A DNA stretch of 64,000 nt from contig OX597836.1 in the NCBI GenBank assembly GCA_951406725.2, positions 8,246,001 through 8,310,000 on the forward strand, in the 5' to 3' direction. The notes under the pieces were generated by a model. It saw only the letters and a program-made list of their open reading frames with translations. It searched no databases and had not been told where the DNA came from. This document shows, in pieces, positions 1 through 14,600 of this stretch. Numbering within the stretch: the stretch's first letter is position 1; each line of letters opens with the position of its first letter. The stretch comes from Octopus vulgaris (taxonomy: Eukaryota). The translations under genes were made by a program, and so were the position numbers.

Positions 1-399
1 TATACAGTAATCTCTATTATTGTAAGCAGTTGTATGTATGTAGTATGTCTTTATTTTTGTATGCAGAATAAATTAATCAAATACATGCAAATTAACCAAA
101 TAGCAGCACATGTGTGAACTGCTAATTTAACGGTAAATTTGCAACTACTGCGATAATTATTAACTGGTAATTGAACGGTAAATATATAATTCCGTATACC
201 TTGGACTTGTCACCTCATTGTTTTTTGTCAAGAGTTTCACCTCCAGCCGTTTCTTTTGTCAATCAACACACATATACTGACACACCATTTCGCTGTCGTG
301 GCCGTAAAGACAGAAAGTTGCCGATGCGTAATGTTGCCCACATTAGGATATAATTAGAATTAAAAGTGAAAGAATAAAAGTGAAACGATATTATATCAC

Positions 400-630
400 A
401 TTACAATATAGATGTTATTCTTTCACTTTTGACATGTAATACCGAACCAGTGCCAAGGTTGTATTGCTTTAATCCAAATGAGAAAAAAATTACATGATGA
501 CACTCACGGGGTCTGATACTATTACCATGTAAAATTTGATTTGATTTGGTTGAGCCGTTTGAGAATACATTGGCAACAGACAGGCGGACAGAGAGACAAA
601 AACTTTTATTTATATATATATACAGAGAGA
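400..630 (-). mobile_element. Probable non-autonomous Helitron, 5' part
   Basis: Minus strand reads A|TCTCTCTGTATATA...TGTCCGCCTGTCTG...AAACGGCTCAACCAAATCAAATCAAATTTTAC, the same 5' architecture as the complete element at 42319. No 3' hairpin/CTAG found, so the left boundary is uncertain. Confidence 0.5.
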
Positions 631-1492
631 TGAACTTTAACAACAAAATCTTATATGGATCCTCTATGGTCATATGAATCCTTCAGGGTCAGATCCGACT
701 GACAACAACTGGATTTGCTGTATCAGAGCTGAACTAGGGTTAAACAACAACAACAGCAGCAACAACAACGACAACAACAACAGCACCGACAACAATAATT
801 CCGATAGTACTGCGTTAATGTAACGATAGATTCTAAATAATACATAATACAATAATATAAATCGATGAGCAAATATATTTGATTGGTTTCTGTTGAACTA
901 GGAAGGGGATGAGGGTGGCGAGAGGCGTGAGCGTTAATGGTGAGAGTAGGAGGGAGAGGGATTGGGTGGGGGTGTATGAGAATTGGTAGTGGGGGGAAGG
1001 GGAAGGGCGGTTGGGTAGCAGACGGTGTGAGTGTTGGCTATGAAGATAAGGAGGAGGGGACGGTGACGAAAGTGTGAGCGTCGGGGGGTGGGGTGAGTAG
1101 GAGGATGGGTTATGTGAGTATGAGTATTGGTGGTGAGGGTAGGAGGGAAGGGTGATGGCGAAAGGAGTGAATGTAGGGGGGTGGGGGAAGAGAAGGGCGG
1201 TGGCGGTGTTGGTGTTAATTCAGATTTGGAGATGTGTGACAGCTTAAGAAGTGACGGTTGTTGTGGGGAGACAGAATGTGTCTGCGATTGCGCGCGCGCA
1301 TATGTGTGTGTGTATGTGTGGATATGTGTGTGAGTGTATGTGTGTGAGTGTATGTGTGCATGTGTGTATGTGTGCATGTGTGTATGTGTGCATTGTGTAT
1401 GTGTGCATGTGTGTATGTGTGCATGTGTATGTGTGTTAATCCGGTTGTGTGTGTTTGTGTGGTTGTCTACTCTATAAGAGTGCATGCATGTG

Positions 1493-1524
<32 letters not shown>

Positions 1525-1579
1525 CTCGTGTGCATGTGGGAGTGTATGTATTTGTGTAGTTGTGTATGCATCTGTATGC

Positions 1580-1624
<45 letters not shown>

Positions 1625-2439
1625 CGCGTGGGTTTGGGGAGAGGTTATGTGGAGCAGTGTACGAGGTTTGTGTATTTATGTGTGCTTGTGTGTGTTTGCA
1701 TTTTTGTGTGTGTGTATTTGTGTGTGCATATGTATGTGTGTGTATTTGCGTGTGTGTGCTTAGTGTGTGTTTGTGTGTATATGTGTGTATGTATGTGTGT
1801 GTGCGTGTGTATCTGTCTGTCTCGACATTGTTGTGTGAGTGTGTGTGGGGGGGATGTGTGTGTGTGAGGGATGTAGAGGAGAGTTGTTATGGAGAGTAGG
1901 CCCGAGAAAATAGGACGAAGGATGAGCTAGAGGATGGTGAGAGGAGACTTAATGCAAGAAGGGAGGAAAGTTAGAGGGTGGAAGATGAGAGTGAGGAGTG
2001 AAAGCAGAAAAAAAGTGATAGAAAGACTGTGATAAGGGAGTGAGGCGGTCGATAGAAAGGAGTGAGGTAAAGTGTCGGTTAAAAACAAAGTGTGTGTGTA
2101 AGAGAGAGAGAGAGAGAGAAAGAAAGAAAGGGAGAGAGAAAGAAAGAGAAAGAGAGAGAGAGTAAGAGAAAGAGAGAGAAAGAGAGAGAAAGAGAAAGAG
2201 AGAGAAAGAGAGAGAAATAGAAAGAGAGAGAATGAGGGTGAGTTTTTGATAAAGAAAGACGATAGACATCAAGATAAGATAAAAGAAAGAGAGAGGGAGA
2301 GAGAGGGGGAGAGAGAGAGAAAGAGAGCAAAACAGACAGAGAACGAGAGAGAGTTGTGGGGAGAATGAAGACTCCATGAAAGAAAGAAAAGGAGGGAGAA
2401 TGAAAGGAAGGTTTGGAGTGAGGGGAGGAGAAAGAGAGA

Positions 2440-2586
2440 GCGGTAGCAGTGTGGTAAGAAGTTTGCTTCCCAATCACATGGTTCTGGGTTCAGTTCCACC
2501 ACCTGGTACCTAGAGCAAGTATTTTCTATAGCACCGACCAGAGACAAAGACGATTTGGTAGCGGAAACTGAAAGAAGCCCGTCGTT
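2440..2586 (+). mobile_element. SINE family A, degraded 5' half
   Basis: Matches the head of the 59122 copy (gtgtggtaag...gggttcagttcca...ggaaactgaaagaagcccgtcg). Confidence 0.8.
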
Positions 2587-2615
2587 ATATATATATATAT
2601 ATATAATGTGTGTGC

Positions 2616-2714
<99 letters not shown>

Positions 2715-2721
2715 ATATACA

Positions 2722-2926
2722 TAAAAGTAAAGCTACTAAGTTGGCTAGCCACGTATCGAGTTTGAAGTCGAACGCCACACCACATGCAATAAAGTGGAGA
2801 ATTGTCGAAAAATCACACCATATGTCAACGGATCAAAAATAATGTAAGTTATGCGTATCTGAAAGAACTCAGATCCCTTTCGGATCTAAGAACTTCCTCA
2901 CACTGCTGAATCCTAGATCCGAAATG
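2722..2926 (+). pseudogene. Penelope-like element GIY-YIG endonuclease, C-terminal fragment
   Basis: Translates (one stop) to ATKLASHVSSLK...IKWRIVEK...*CKLCVSER...LLNPRSE, resembling the T.L..H...LK / I.W.I / C.LC..E / LLN.RSE pattern of PLE endonucleases. Confidence 0.7.
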
Positions 2927-2927
2927 A

Positions 2928-3360
2928 GTGTGTGGGGACGGAGGCGTCAGACGGGCCTGCCCAAGTTGCTCCCAGGACGACGAAACCGTTCTGCACACAC
3001 TTGTCCAGTGCCCGAGTATTGCTGAACTGTGGGTTTATGTCGAACAGCTACTGCCGCGTATAGGACGTATCCGGCTATCAGCTGAATCCATAGTGAGGAT
3101 TGCCCCACCGACTTCCTTTAACCGGGAGGGCAAGGCAGTTTTCCTTTGCCTAGTGGCTGTAGCGAAAGAGGTGATATGGTGGACCCGTTTGAAAGGGCTA
3201 CGGTCAGACACTTTCCTCTTTGGCCAAGGCCTCATCAACTTTTTCAAGTTTCACTTGAAAAGGAAGATGAGAGTAGAGAGGGAAGTGCTGTCTGGTAGCA
3301 AGTTTATTGAAAAGTGGGTGAATGTCGCAAGAATGGCCAGTATGAACGGACCAATTCTGA
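2928..3360 (+). pseudogene. L1/Tx1-like LINE ORF2 C-terminus (zf-RVT zinc finger)
   Basis: CPSCSQDDETVLHTLVQCP...LW CCHC motif followed by AKEVIWWTR, typical of the C-terminal region of L1-clade ORF2. Confidence 0.8.
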
Positions 3361-3364
3361 GACA

Positions 3365-3878
3365 AAAAGTTTCGCAGAGTAGGCGCTATTTTATACATTT
3401 CCAAACATTTCTAAATCCAGCTATGTGGTATACTATCAAAAGCCTTTTTATAGTCTATCCAGGCTATTGACAAGTTTAAGATCATCTTATTGATGAGTAG
3501 CTGATCTTTACAACCATAAGATTCACGTTTACATCCTTTCTGTTCATTAGGGAATATGCTACTTTCTATTAAAACACTTTAGGTATATTCATTCAGGACA
3601 GATGTTATCGTTTTATACATTGTTGTTAAGCAGGTTATTGGTCTATAATTTTTTGGTTTATTTGTTTCTTCATTTTTTGGAAGTAGGAATGTTAAACTAT
3701 TAACTAGCCAAGAGGGTATCATACTAGGTTGTTGCAAAACATCGTTGTAAAGTTTTGTTAGCAGTTCATGGCTCTCTGGGGAGGCATTCAGCCAGAAGTT
3801 CGGAATTTTATCCTTTCCTGGAGACTTCCATTTGCTTGACCTCCTGAGAGCAGATCTTATATCTTCTACCTTGACACC
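3365..3878 (-). pseudogene. R4/Dong-clade non-LTR reverse transcriptase fragment
   Basis: Minus strand translates to KWKSPGKDKIPNFWL...PKNYRPITCLTTMYK...[20 protein letters not shown]...[17 protein letters not shown], with stops and an internal deletion. Confidence 0.88.
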
Positions 3879-3879
3879 C

Positions 3880-4190
3880 TCCCCCGATAACTACGTTAAG
3901 ATTACACTTGTCTGTGGAGTGCTCAGCTACTTGCACGTTAATTTTACGAGCAGGCGAACCCTGCTCTACTCTTTCACCACAATTTTCTCTCACTTCCTGT
4001 TTCTGTTGTACCTGTATTTCAAAGGGGCCAGCCTTGTCACACTATGTGTCACGCTGAATCTCCCTGAGAATTATGTTATGGGTACACGTGTTTGTTGGGT
4101 GCTCTGCCACTTGCACGCTAATTTCACGAGCAGGCTGTTCCGTTGATCGGATCAACTGGAACCCTCGTCGTCGTAACCGACGGAGCGCCA
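3880..4190 (+). mobile_element. SINE family C, headless, with a duplicated 3' segment placed upstream
   Basis: Matches 36693-37068. The ccgagaactacgtt...cacgagcaggc block occurs twice (3883-3955 and ~4062-4135). Confidence 0.85.
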
Positions 4191-4691
4191 CGACACGGAA
4201 ATATCTTTTTCATCGTTTTAACTTTACTAGCACCTCAACAATGGCTATATAAAATTAGGAGGTTTTTCTACCATAGCCTGCTTAACTGATAAAGGTGGCT
4301 TGTACGAGGTGATGTGTAAATTAGTAAATTTTGAATTCAAAGTTGGTTTCGGTGGCGTTGATTATTGGTAATGATGTTTTGGTAATCGTTATTGGAAGAA
4401 TGACTATGTTGTAGTTATGGTATTTGGCTGTCGAACAAAAATCTATTAAGGGAGGAATATATTAATGTAAAATGGCGTTACAGAGACGTAAAAATTAAAT
4501 AATTGGTCATCATGTGACGTCATATGACAGTGCAGGACATAATTGAACAGAAGAGTATAAAATTTAGTGTCATGAAATGTATTATGAATTTATAATATGT
4601 AATAAACTATATATACTATGATAGGATACTATTTATGCTATGCTATACTCTATTATTATGCTATGTATTATGCTATATTATGCTATGCTAT

Positions 4692-5100
4692 CTATCTATC
4701 TATCCGCTCAGTCCGACTCTCGGTTACTCGATGGATCAGTGTCCTCCAGCCAGTTCCATCCTGGGTCGCTTCTTTCAGATCGGCTATGTCAATTCCCGTG
4801 ATGGTGTCAAGCCAGTGGGTTCTTGGTCGGCCTCTTCCTCTCTGGCCACTGACCATTCCGAGCACGATGTCCTTCTCCAGGGATTTTCTCCGCATAATAT
4901 GACCAAAATATGTCAATCTCTGCTTGGTGATCCTAGCTTCTAGCGACAGTTTCGGCTTGATCTGGTTAAGAACTTCTCCATTGGTGAGCCTCGCTGTCCA
5001 TGGAATCCGTAGAAGTCTTCTCCAACACCAAAGCTCGAATGCATTAATTCTCTTCTGGTCAGCTTTCTTTAGTGTCCATGTCTCGCATCCATATGTTGCT
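4692..5100 (-). pseudogene. RTE/BovB-like LINE 3' end
   Basis: YGCETWTLKK...AFELWCWRRLLRIPW...YFGHIMRRKSLEKDIVLGMVSGQRGRGRPRTHWLD...W..LIHRVT, ending in an (ATAG)n tail. Confidence 0.92.
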
Positions 5101-5122
5101 ATGCTATACTCTACTAAAAGGA

Positions 5123-5155
<33 letters not shown>

Positions 5156-5215
5156 CGACGACGACGACTCGTTTCGAGCAAAATTAAATAGAGGGAACAT
5201 CATTAAATACATGGG

Positions 5216-5275
<60 letters not shown>

Positions 5276-5289
5276 GTTTATATACACAT

Positions 5290-5354
<65 letters not shown>

Positions 5355-5357
5355 GTG

Positions 5358-5424
<67 letters not shown>

Positions 5425-5791
5425 GAGATATACTGTATCCGGTACTAAAAATCGTTCTAAACATTGAATTATCGCACTGATCCCTTTACGCACTTTTCCA
5501 CGACAATTCAACGTGCATCTACGATCCAGATTCTACATTGAACCTCGAATAATTCCATTTCATTCAAAAATTGTAACAATGATAGCGACTTAACGCCCTT
5601 GGCCTTCACAACTAAACGCATCAAAATCCACAACGTTTATTCATTCACATTTATTCATTCATAATCCCGCACGATGCCATGTTTAGTGGTATTCCTCTTA
5701 CACTCCTTTCTCCACTCTGTTTGGCTCCGCTCTCCTCCTCGCTTGCTTATTTGTATGCACACACACACACGTTTGTGTATATGCATATGCA

Positions 5792-5838
<47 letters not shown>

Positions 5839-5857
5839 GTGTATGTATGTGTATATT

Positions 5858-5917
<60 letters not shown>

Positions 5918-5943
5918 TACATATGCATGTTTGTATGTTTATA

Positions 5944-6070
<127 letters not shown>

Positions 6071-6074
6071 TATA

Positions 6075-6548
6075 AAAAGTGCGACTGATAAATTGTTGCC
6101 ATTTTATAATTTTATATTTTTAATTTCGCACATGCGTGTCATTTGATTTTGATTTTGTTGACTACACAGTATACTAGGGCCAGCTGGGCACCGTCTGTGA
6201 GAAAAAGAGCACCATGACGCAATTCAGAAATTTGGAAACGACATGCTGTACTACTTGGCATTCTCGCCTGAAGCTCCAATAGGAACATTTCAGAGGGTTT
6301 GGGTGACAATCTGAAGACATTTATCGAGAGTGATAAAAATCAAACACCCAGTCGACATCATGTTGTTTAGAGTGATCACTAGTGATGGCGACGTTAGGCC
6401 TCCATTCATCTTCCCATGCTTAAAGAGGGTGGCTGCAGGAAACCCCTATGTCTGGCAATAGGACTCTGCACTATGCCACATAAACAAGAGAACCCATTCA
6501 TGGCTGTCAGAAAATGTCTGCCATCATATCACCCCTACTCCCCAGAGT
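6075..6548 (+). mobile_element. Degenerate, internally deleted Tc1/mariner (DD37D/maT-like) transposon
   Basis: Fragments IKHPVDIMLFRVITSDGDVRPPFIFP and YVWQ*DSALCH...RTHSWLSEN match a DDD catalytic core. TIR-like start (ctgataaattgttgcc). Confidence 0.75.
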
Positions 6549-6583
6549 ATATATATATGTGTGTGTGTGTTTGTGTGTGTTTG

Positions 6584-6656
<73 letters not shown>

Positions 6657-7334
6657 GTCTACAATGATGGATTCGGGAGTTTCGTTTATTTACGAATTGA
6701 TTTCTTAATTTCACCGGAATATAAATATCTATAATGGTGATACTAAAAAAGAAACATCTTTTTCAATCCCACTTACACATTTCCCGATAAGCAAGTGGGT
6801 CATATTATTATTTATATCCTACAACAAACTACAGCACGTTTGATTCACTTGCAGTCATTGAAAGACGTTGAAAACACTCGGATTCTATGAAATACTTTTT
6901 ATAAGTATTTCATTTTGTTCGCTTTCTCTTTTTATAATCATGATTATTTATTTAGCCATGTGCAAATTATATGTTGAACTTTCCAAAACAACCTTTGAAT
7001 TTCTTTGTCAACTCGTATTTTAACATTTCACTATAAAACTATTGAAATAGAAAGTTTTTGAACACGCATGATTATTCAGTGAAAATTTGGAGAAGAATCT
7101 TCATTTTCATGTTATTTTTTCTTAATTTTAATTCTAAGCTCCCTAAAATAACATTCATATTTCTTTGCCAATTCCTATTTTAACGTTTTCGCGATAACCA
7201 CTGGGCAGAGATCACAACGCGTCCGTATAAAGTATATTATATACATAAAATACAAAAAATCTATATACTTTTACATGCAAAAAGGTTTGACTTACACAGA
7301 GTACAAAAGATATAGAGAATTAAAGGGGTTACAA

Positions 7335-7428
7335 ATCCAACAACTGTTTCTGGGAGCTCGGTGGTCCAAAATGATGTTTGTAGATTGATTCCATCGTAGG
7401 ATAAGACGAGCCTTCCTCTTCAGGGAAG
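7335..7428 (-). ncRNA. Hammerhead-ribozyme-like motif with long stem II (probable PLE terminal repeat)
   Basis: Minus strand: tcc CTGAAGA ggaa ggctcg...cgagct ccca GAAAC agtt GTT gga. Confidence 0.5.
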
Positions 7429-7601
7429 AAATCTTTTATTTGAGGTGTTAAATGGAAGAAGTTCAATGTATATACGTAAACATTATACATTTTTTGTATT
7501 TCATGTATTTAATATACTTTATATATTGATCTGTGTAATTTGCTTATCCCTACATTAACTCCTATGCATATTTGTATATATTTGTATGTCTGTCTATATC
7601 C

Positions 7602-7674
<73 letters not shown>

Positions 7675-7675
7675 C

Positions 7676-7738
<63 letters not shown>

Positions 7739-8256
7739 CATTTATCTAGCTGTATGTCTGTTAATACAAACATCGGTATAGATATTTATTTCCTACGTAT
7801 GTTTCACTATGGCAATTAATTGGAACTAGAATTGGAACTACAACGGATCATCAGGGAAACGCTTTATCGCATTCTGTTACTATTACATCTCTGTAACAGA
7901 ATGCAATAAAATGAAGATTCAGTGTGGTTCGGGCATCCAAACGCAATTACAACATCCAATGCTGAGTTCCAAATAACTGCAATGGTTAAACGTACAAAGG
8001 TACTAAATATTTTCACTGGTGTTTATTGTACTTTTCCCCGACATATTCTATTAATATCAAAACTAGTAACACTGCTAAGTACAGTGGTTGACTAACCATT
8101 GTACTAGAAACTGACTGGATAATGATAATCTATGTGGAACTCTAATTCATATAGCAGTAGTCATATATCTAACTGTGGGCTCAAGATATGTGTGTGTACA
8201 TGTATGTGTGTGTGTGTGTGTGTACGTGTGTGTATAATATATATATACATATATAT

Positions 8257-8675
8257 TCTTTTATTCGTTTACTTGTTTCAGTCATTTGACTGCGTCCATG
8301 TTGGAGCACCAACTTGAAGGGCTTTAATCGAAATCGACCCAAGGACTTTTTTTAAGAATAGTACTTATTCTATCGGGTCATTTTGCCGAACCGCTACGTT
8401 ACGGAGACGCAAGCAAACCAAAGCCGATTGTCAAGCAGTGATGGGGCGACAAACGCAGACGTAAAGACACACACAGATAGATACATATATATAAATATAT
8501 ATATATACAAACACATATATATTTATGTGCGTGTGTGTGTATGCGACGGGCTTCTTTCAGTTTCCGTCTACTAAATCCACCTCACATGGCTTTGGTCGCT
8601 CTGGGGATATAGTCGAAGACACTTGCCCAAGGTCCTATACAGTGGGACTGAACCCGGAACCATATGGTTGGGAGG
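8257..8675 (-). mobile_element. SINE family A
   Basis: Reverse-complement match to the 59122 copy, with an internal (AT/AC) tract. Confidence 0.85.
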
Positions 8676-8690
8676 CAATTTATATAAATA

Positions 8691-8747
<57 letters not shown>

Positions 8748-8827
8748 ATATATATATTCTTTTCTTCTTTTACTTTTTTACGTCACTTGACTGCGGCCAT
8801 GCTGGACACATACGTGTATTATATACA

Positions 8828-8874
<47 letters not shown>

Positions 8875-9486
8875 TAACTTCATAAATGTTTTTCGTATGT
8901 ATGTAAGTGTTTGTATGCGTGTGTGTGTGTTCGTGTGAGTTTGTGCGTATCATAGATTCATAGAACAAGATGAAAGATGAAGAAGAGGAATGAGAAGGAC
9001 AGACAGGCAAAAAAGATGGAGAGAGAGCGGGGTGGGAGAAGGGGGTGGAAAGGGGAACAGGGAGAGCAGGTGGTTCGATGAATGACGAATTATCAAATAG
9101 TAAATTATAGCTACATGCATTCACACACGCTCACAATTCGTACAAATATATTCATACATACATACATACATACATACATACGTACATACACACATACATA
9201 CATACACAGTATGTACGTACATACATATATACATACACACACATATTTAAGCCACACGATGTGTGTGTGTGTATGTGTTTGTGTGCGTGTATATATGTGT
9301 TTATACATTATCGTGTGTTGAGAGTGGAGCGATAAATGAATCAATTTAAAGATTGTTGTACGTGTAAACGCCCCTTAATCTATATACCTTAACACGTATC
9401 CACATATGTATATGCATCTATATATATATATGTGTGTATATATATATACATATGTATGTATATATATATATATACTTATGTAAATA

Positions 9487-9556
<70 letters not shown>

Positions 9557-10160
9557 CAAACATACACACACATATATATATATATATATACATATATCTG
9601 TGTGTGTATAGATGTATGTAAATATATCTAGATATATAAATATGCGTGCGTAAGTATATACATTTATGTAAATCTGTGTTTATTTATATACACATATGCA
9701 TGCGTTTGAAAGTGTTTGTATGTATGTGTGTATTTATATATATTTATGTAAATATACATGTAAGCGTATATATGCGTTTGCGTGTATGTGTGTGTGCGTG
9801 TGGTGGAGACCTACGCTTGTATACGTGTGTATATATCAGCGTGTATATAATCTTTGAAAGGCAGATTTCTTTCCTCTATGCATAAACATACATACATACA
9901 TACATACATACAAATATAAGTACTTGCATACGTACATACACACATTCATACGTACATATATATGTACATATAAGTGTGCGTGTGTGTGTTTATATATACG
10001 TGTGTGTGTGTGTGTGTGTATATGTACATGTGCGTGTGCACACAGATACACGCGCGCGCACATACATGCACACACATACATGTACGCAGAGAAGTGTAAA
10101 TTAAATAAGTTTAAAACGAGACAAAAAAAACAAGGTGAAGAATGAGAAGGGAGAAGAAAA

Positions 10161-10240
10161 AGAAGAAGAAGAAGAAGAAGAAGAAGAAGAAGAAGAAGAA
10201 GAAGAAGAAGAAGAAGAAGAAGAAGAAGAAGAAGAAGAAG

Positions 10241-10272
<32 letters not shown>

Positions 10273-10348
10273 GGAGAAGAAGAAGAAGAAGAAGAAGAAG
10301 AAGAAGAAGAAGAAGAAGAAGAAGAAGAAGAAGAAGAAGAAGAAGAAG
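10161..10348 (+). repeat. (GAA)n trinucleotide tract
   Basis: About 60 units with one interruption. Confidence 0.97.
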
Positions 10349-10699
10349 GAAAGGGGGAATAGAAGAACCAAAACGACAACGGTATGAACAATCGAATGAA
10401 TAAAATATCAAATAAAAAGTGTATAAATGAATAGATTTGAAATATAATACACACGCAAACATATACACAATATACGAACGAAAAAGATAATAACAGGGGA
10501 AGATAAAACGCTCAAAAATAACAAAAACAAAGCTAAGCAGAAATATGGCCTAGAAAGTGAAAGTGAAACTACACGATATTGCCATATCTAGGTCAAATAT
10601 AACAACTGTAACAACAGTAACAACAGCAATAACAGCAATAGGGGCAACAGCAACGGTGATGACGATATATTTATAGCAATAGCAATAGCTGTGATAACT

Positions 10700-10747
10700 A
10701 TGATAGTAATAATAATAATAATAACAATAATAATAATAATAATAATA

Positions 10748-10791
<44 letters not shown>

Positions 10792-10820
10792 TGATGATGA
10801 TGATAATAATAATAATAATA

Positions 10821-10903
<83 letters not shown>

Positions 10904-10905
10904 TG

Positions 10906-10942
<37 letters not shown>

Positions 10943-11158
10943 TAATAATAATAATAATATTAATAATAACGATAATAAAAAAGGCGATGGTGCTTGAAAT
11001 AATAGAAGTAGTTGTAATATTACTACTAGTACTACTACTACTACTACGACTCCTAATCATAATGATGATGATAATGAAGATAATAAACAATAGTAGGAGT
11101 CATAGTAATAGTATTAAGCATGGCAGTTGTAACAACAACAGGAACAACAATATTCATG

Positions 11159-11225
<67 letters not shown>

Positions 11226-11226
11226 C

Positions 11227-11271
<45 letters not shown>

Positions 11272-11316
11272 AATGATGGTGATGATGATGATGATGGCGA
11301 TGATGGCGATGATGGC

Positions 11317-11361
<45 letters not shown>

Positions 11362-11395
11362 AATGATGATGATGGCGATGATGATGATGATGATA
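10700..11395 (+). repeat. Compound trinucleotide array (AAT)n/(AGT)n/(GAT)n
   Basis: Read directly from the sequence. Confidence 0.95.
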
Positions 11396-11514
11396 ACGTT
11401 GGGAATTGGCAAATTATGTTGCTGAAGGTACATTGATCGATCGGCGGAGTAAACTTGTCATGCAATGCACTCACTAAGCAATCCGTACACACACACACAC
11501 ACACATACGCACAC

Positions 11515-11546
<32 letters not shown>

Positions 11547-11920
11547 GGTCACACACACGCGCGCACATACACATGCACATGCATACATATATATATATAT
11601 ATATATATACAAATCTGTACATGTTTATACATAGAGAGATGCCCGTTCTTCTTCTTCTGCCATCCCCTCCCTCCCCGCCTCCTCCTCCTTCTCCCTGTTC
11701 TCCCTTGCTCTCCTCCGTCCTCTCCTCTTCGTCACTCCTACCCCTCCTCTTTCGCCCACATTCCCTCCTCCTCCTCCTCCTCCTCCACCCCCCCACGCTG
11801 CCTCTTGAAAGATCGATACTAGAATTATGAATTGCCAGCGAGAAACTGGGTCACTCATAGCTCATAGCTCTCTTAATTCTTTAATATTTATTTATCTCCA
11901 CCACCCCCTCTCACTCTCCC

Positions 11921-11958
<38 letters not shown>

Positions 11959-12268
11959 TCCCTACTCCCTCCTTTTTCCCTCTTGTTATATATACATACA
12001 TTATGTTATATGTAAGTGGTTATTATGTATGTATGTATGTATATATATATATATATATAAAATATATATATACATACATATATATACATATTTGCAAGTA
12101 AATGCATATATATACTTATGCTATGAGTATATATATATATATATGCATGTATGTACGCATGTATGTATGTATATATATATATATATATATATACATACAA
12201 ATATATACATACATATACATATTTATAAGTAAATGCATATATATATTTATGCGTAAATCTACTGTACA

Positions 12269-12312
<44 letters not shown>

Positions 12313-12412
12313 CACATGTATATATGAAAATGTATATATATATATATATATACATACATGCATACATACATATATATACATACATGCATACATACATATA
12401 TATATATACATG

Positions 12413-12464
<52 letters not shown>

Positions 12465-12821
12465 TATATGCAAATGTTTATGTTCATATGTGCCTGCATA
12501 TATATACATGTGCACACACACACACACACACACATATTCCTCATGGCGACCCAGAAATATCGGCACAAGGAAGAAAAAAGTAAATAAAAACGGAGTGAAG
12601 GGTGGGGGGGGAGGAGGATTAGGTGGGGGGGGGGATTAGGTGGGCCGAGAGAGAGCCGTGGCGAGAATGTGGATTAGGGGAGGGCAATGTTTAGAAACCT
12701 CTAGAAAATAAATGAAGGGGAAATCACGTAAAAAAATAGCGACATCGAAAAATCAACAACAGAATCGTGGGAGAAAAAGAGAGGGGAGGAGTAGTAGTAG
12801 TAGTAGGAGGAGAAGGAGGAG

Positions 12822-12866
<45 letters not shown>

Positions 12867-13095
12867 TGTTTGTATGTGTGAGAGAGAGAAAAAAAAGTTA
12901 TAGCGGGAGAGATAAGTAAATAGATATAGAGAGTGAGTGTGAGAGAGCGGATTAGATACAGAGAGGGAGGGAGGGAGGAAGAGAGAAAGGGAGTGAGAAA
13001 GAGAGGGAGAGAGAAATAGTGTATGACTGAGTGTCAGAGAAAGTATGCGGGAGAGGAATGGAAGGACAAAGGGAGAGAAAGACAGTCACAGAAAG

Positions 13096-13127
<32 letters not shown>

Positions 13128-13184
13128 AGAAGACAAACAAACAGAAGCAAGCTATGACAAAGCGTTAGAGAAAGGAAGTGAAAA

Positions 13185-13216
<32 letters not shown>

Positions 13217-14600
13217 TGAGAGAGAGTGAGAGAGAGAGAGAGGTAGAGAGAGAAATGTGTTGACGGCAAAGAAGTGGAAACGAGGCTGACCAAAAACTCA
13301 AATTCTTTCTCCGTGCTTGTGTGAAACTTTGTCGAGTTGGCTGATTAATTATTCATTAGGTTTAGACCCTCCCCTTTTTTTCTTCTTCCTTATTCTTATT
13401 CCTTAACCGCTTCCTCTTCCTCTTACTTCCACTTCCATAGTGTGGCTCTCCTCCTCCAGCTCCTCCTAGCAACTTCCTCATACTCTCTCTCTCTCTCTTT
13501 CTCCTCCTCTCTCTCTCACCCCCACCACGCCCCAATGCTCCTACTGACCACGACTGTCCCCTCCCCTCCCCCCGTCCCTCGCAACCTCATTTCTCTACGA
13601 CAGCCGTAACTTGCCTTGTTATTAACACAGATCTCTCCACCACAACGACCACCACTAGAACCCACCCCTACAACATCGCCACCACGAAAAAAACACAACC
13701 ACCAACACCGCCACCACCACTACCATCACTACCATCACCAACATCGCTACCATCTTCACCGTCACCACCACCACCGCAACCACCATCACCATGACTACTA
13801 CCACCACCATCACCGTCACCACCACCACCGCTATCACTACAACCATCATCATCGCCACCATGATACCACCATCAATACCACCGCAACCACTACCACCATC
13901 ACCACCACTGTTTCATATCACTACATCGCCCCGACACACCATACAACACCACACCACGCTTGGACAGCAGGCCCATCAACATTACCAGAGTTTCTACTTA
14001 TTAGTTAAATTTACGAGTAAATGGGTGAGTATTCCACAGACACTGCAAGGCATATGATTCGATGTTGTTCCACTTCCACCAATCATCCACGAAAGATCGG
14101 AAGGCAAACTCGACATCGGCGGGAATTGAACTCTCAGTGCAGAGTGTCGGGAAAACTATGACGAGACCTGCTGTCCAACGATCAAACGATTCCCCCCCTT
14201 CCCTTCACAGCCATTTTTCCCTTTTTTTTTCTTATATTACTGTTTCGTTTTAATTGTCATCTTTTATTGTTATTTCCTCTTTCTGCTTCTTTCACTCATT
14301 TGGACTGCGACCATGTTGAGGGCACACTCTTCAAAGGTTTCAGTCGACTAGAGTGACCTCAGTGGTATTTTTTAAAAGTATGGGACTTTATGCCAAGCCG
14401 CTATGTTACGGGGACATGAAAAAATGAATAACAAGTCCGTTGTCACACATGCAGAAAGGTGTTCGCCTCCATTTGGGAAAACAATCTCTCTATATATATA
14501 TAGTCAAATCAAATAAATGAGCATTGAAACTAACTATAATAAACAACAAGAGGACGTGCACAAGGAAGTTATTAGTTTGACGCTCAGTAAAAAGAAAGAG

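Noticed and set aside
10135-11436. Poly-Glu, poly-Asn, poly-Ser and poly-Asp ORFs
   Set aside because: Pure trinucleotide tracts with no flanking domain or splice support.
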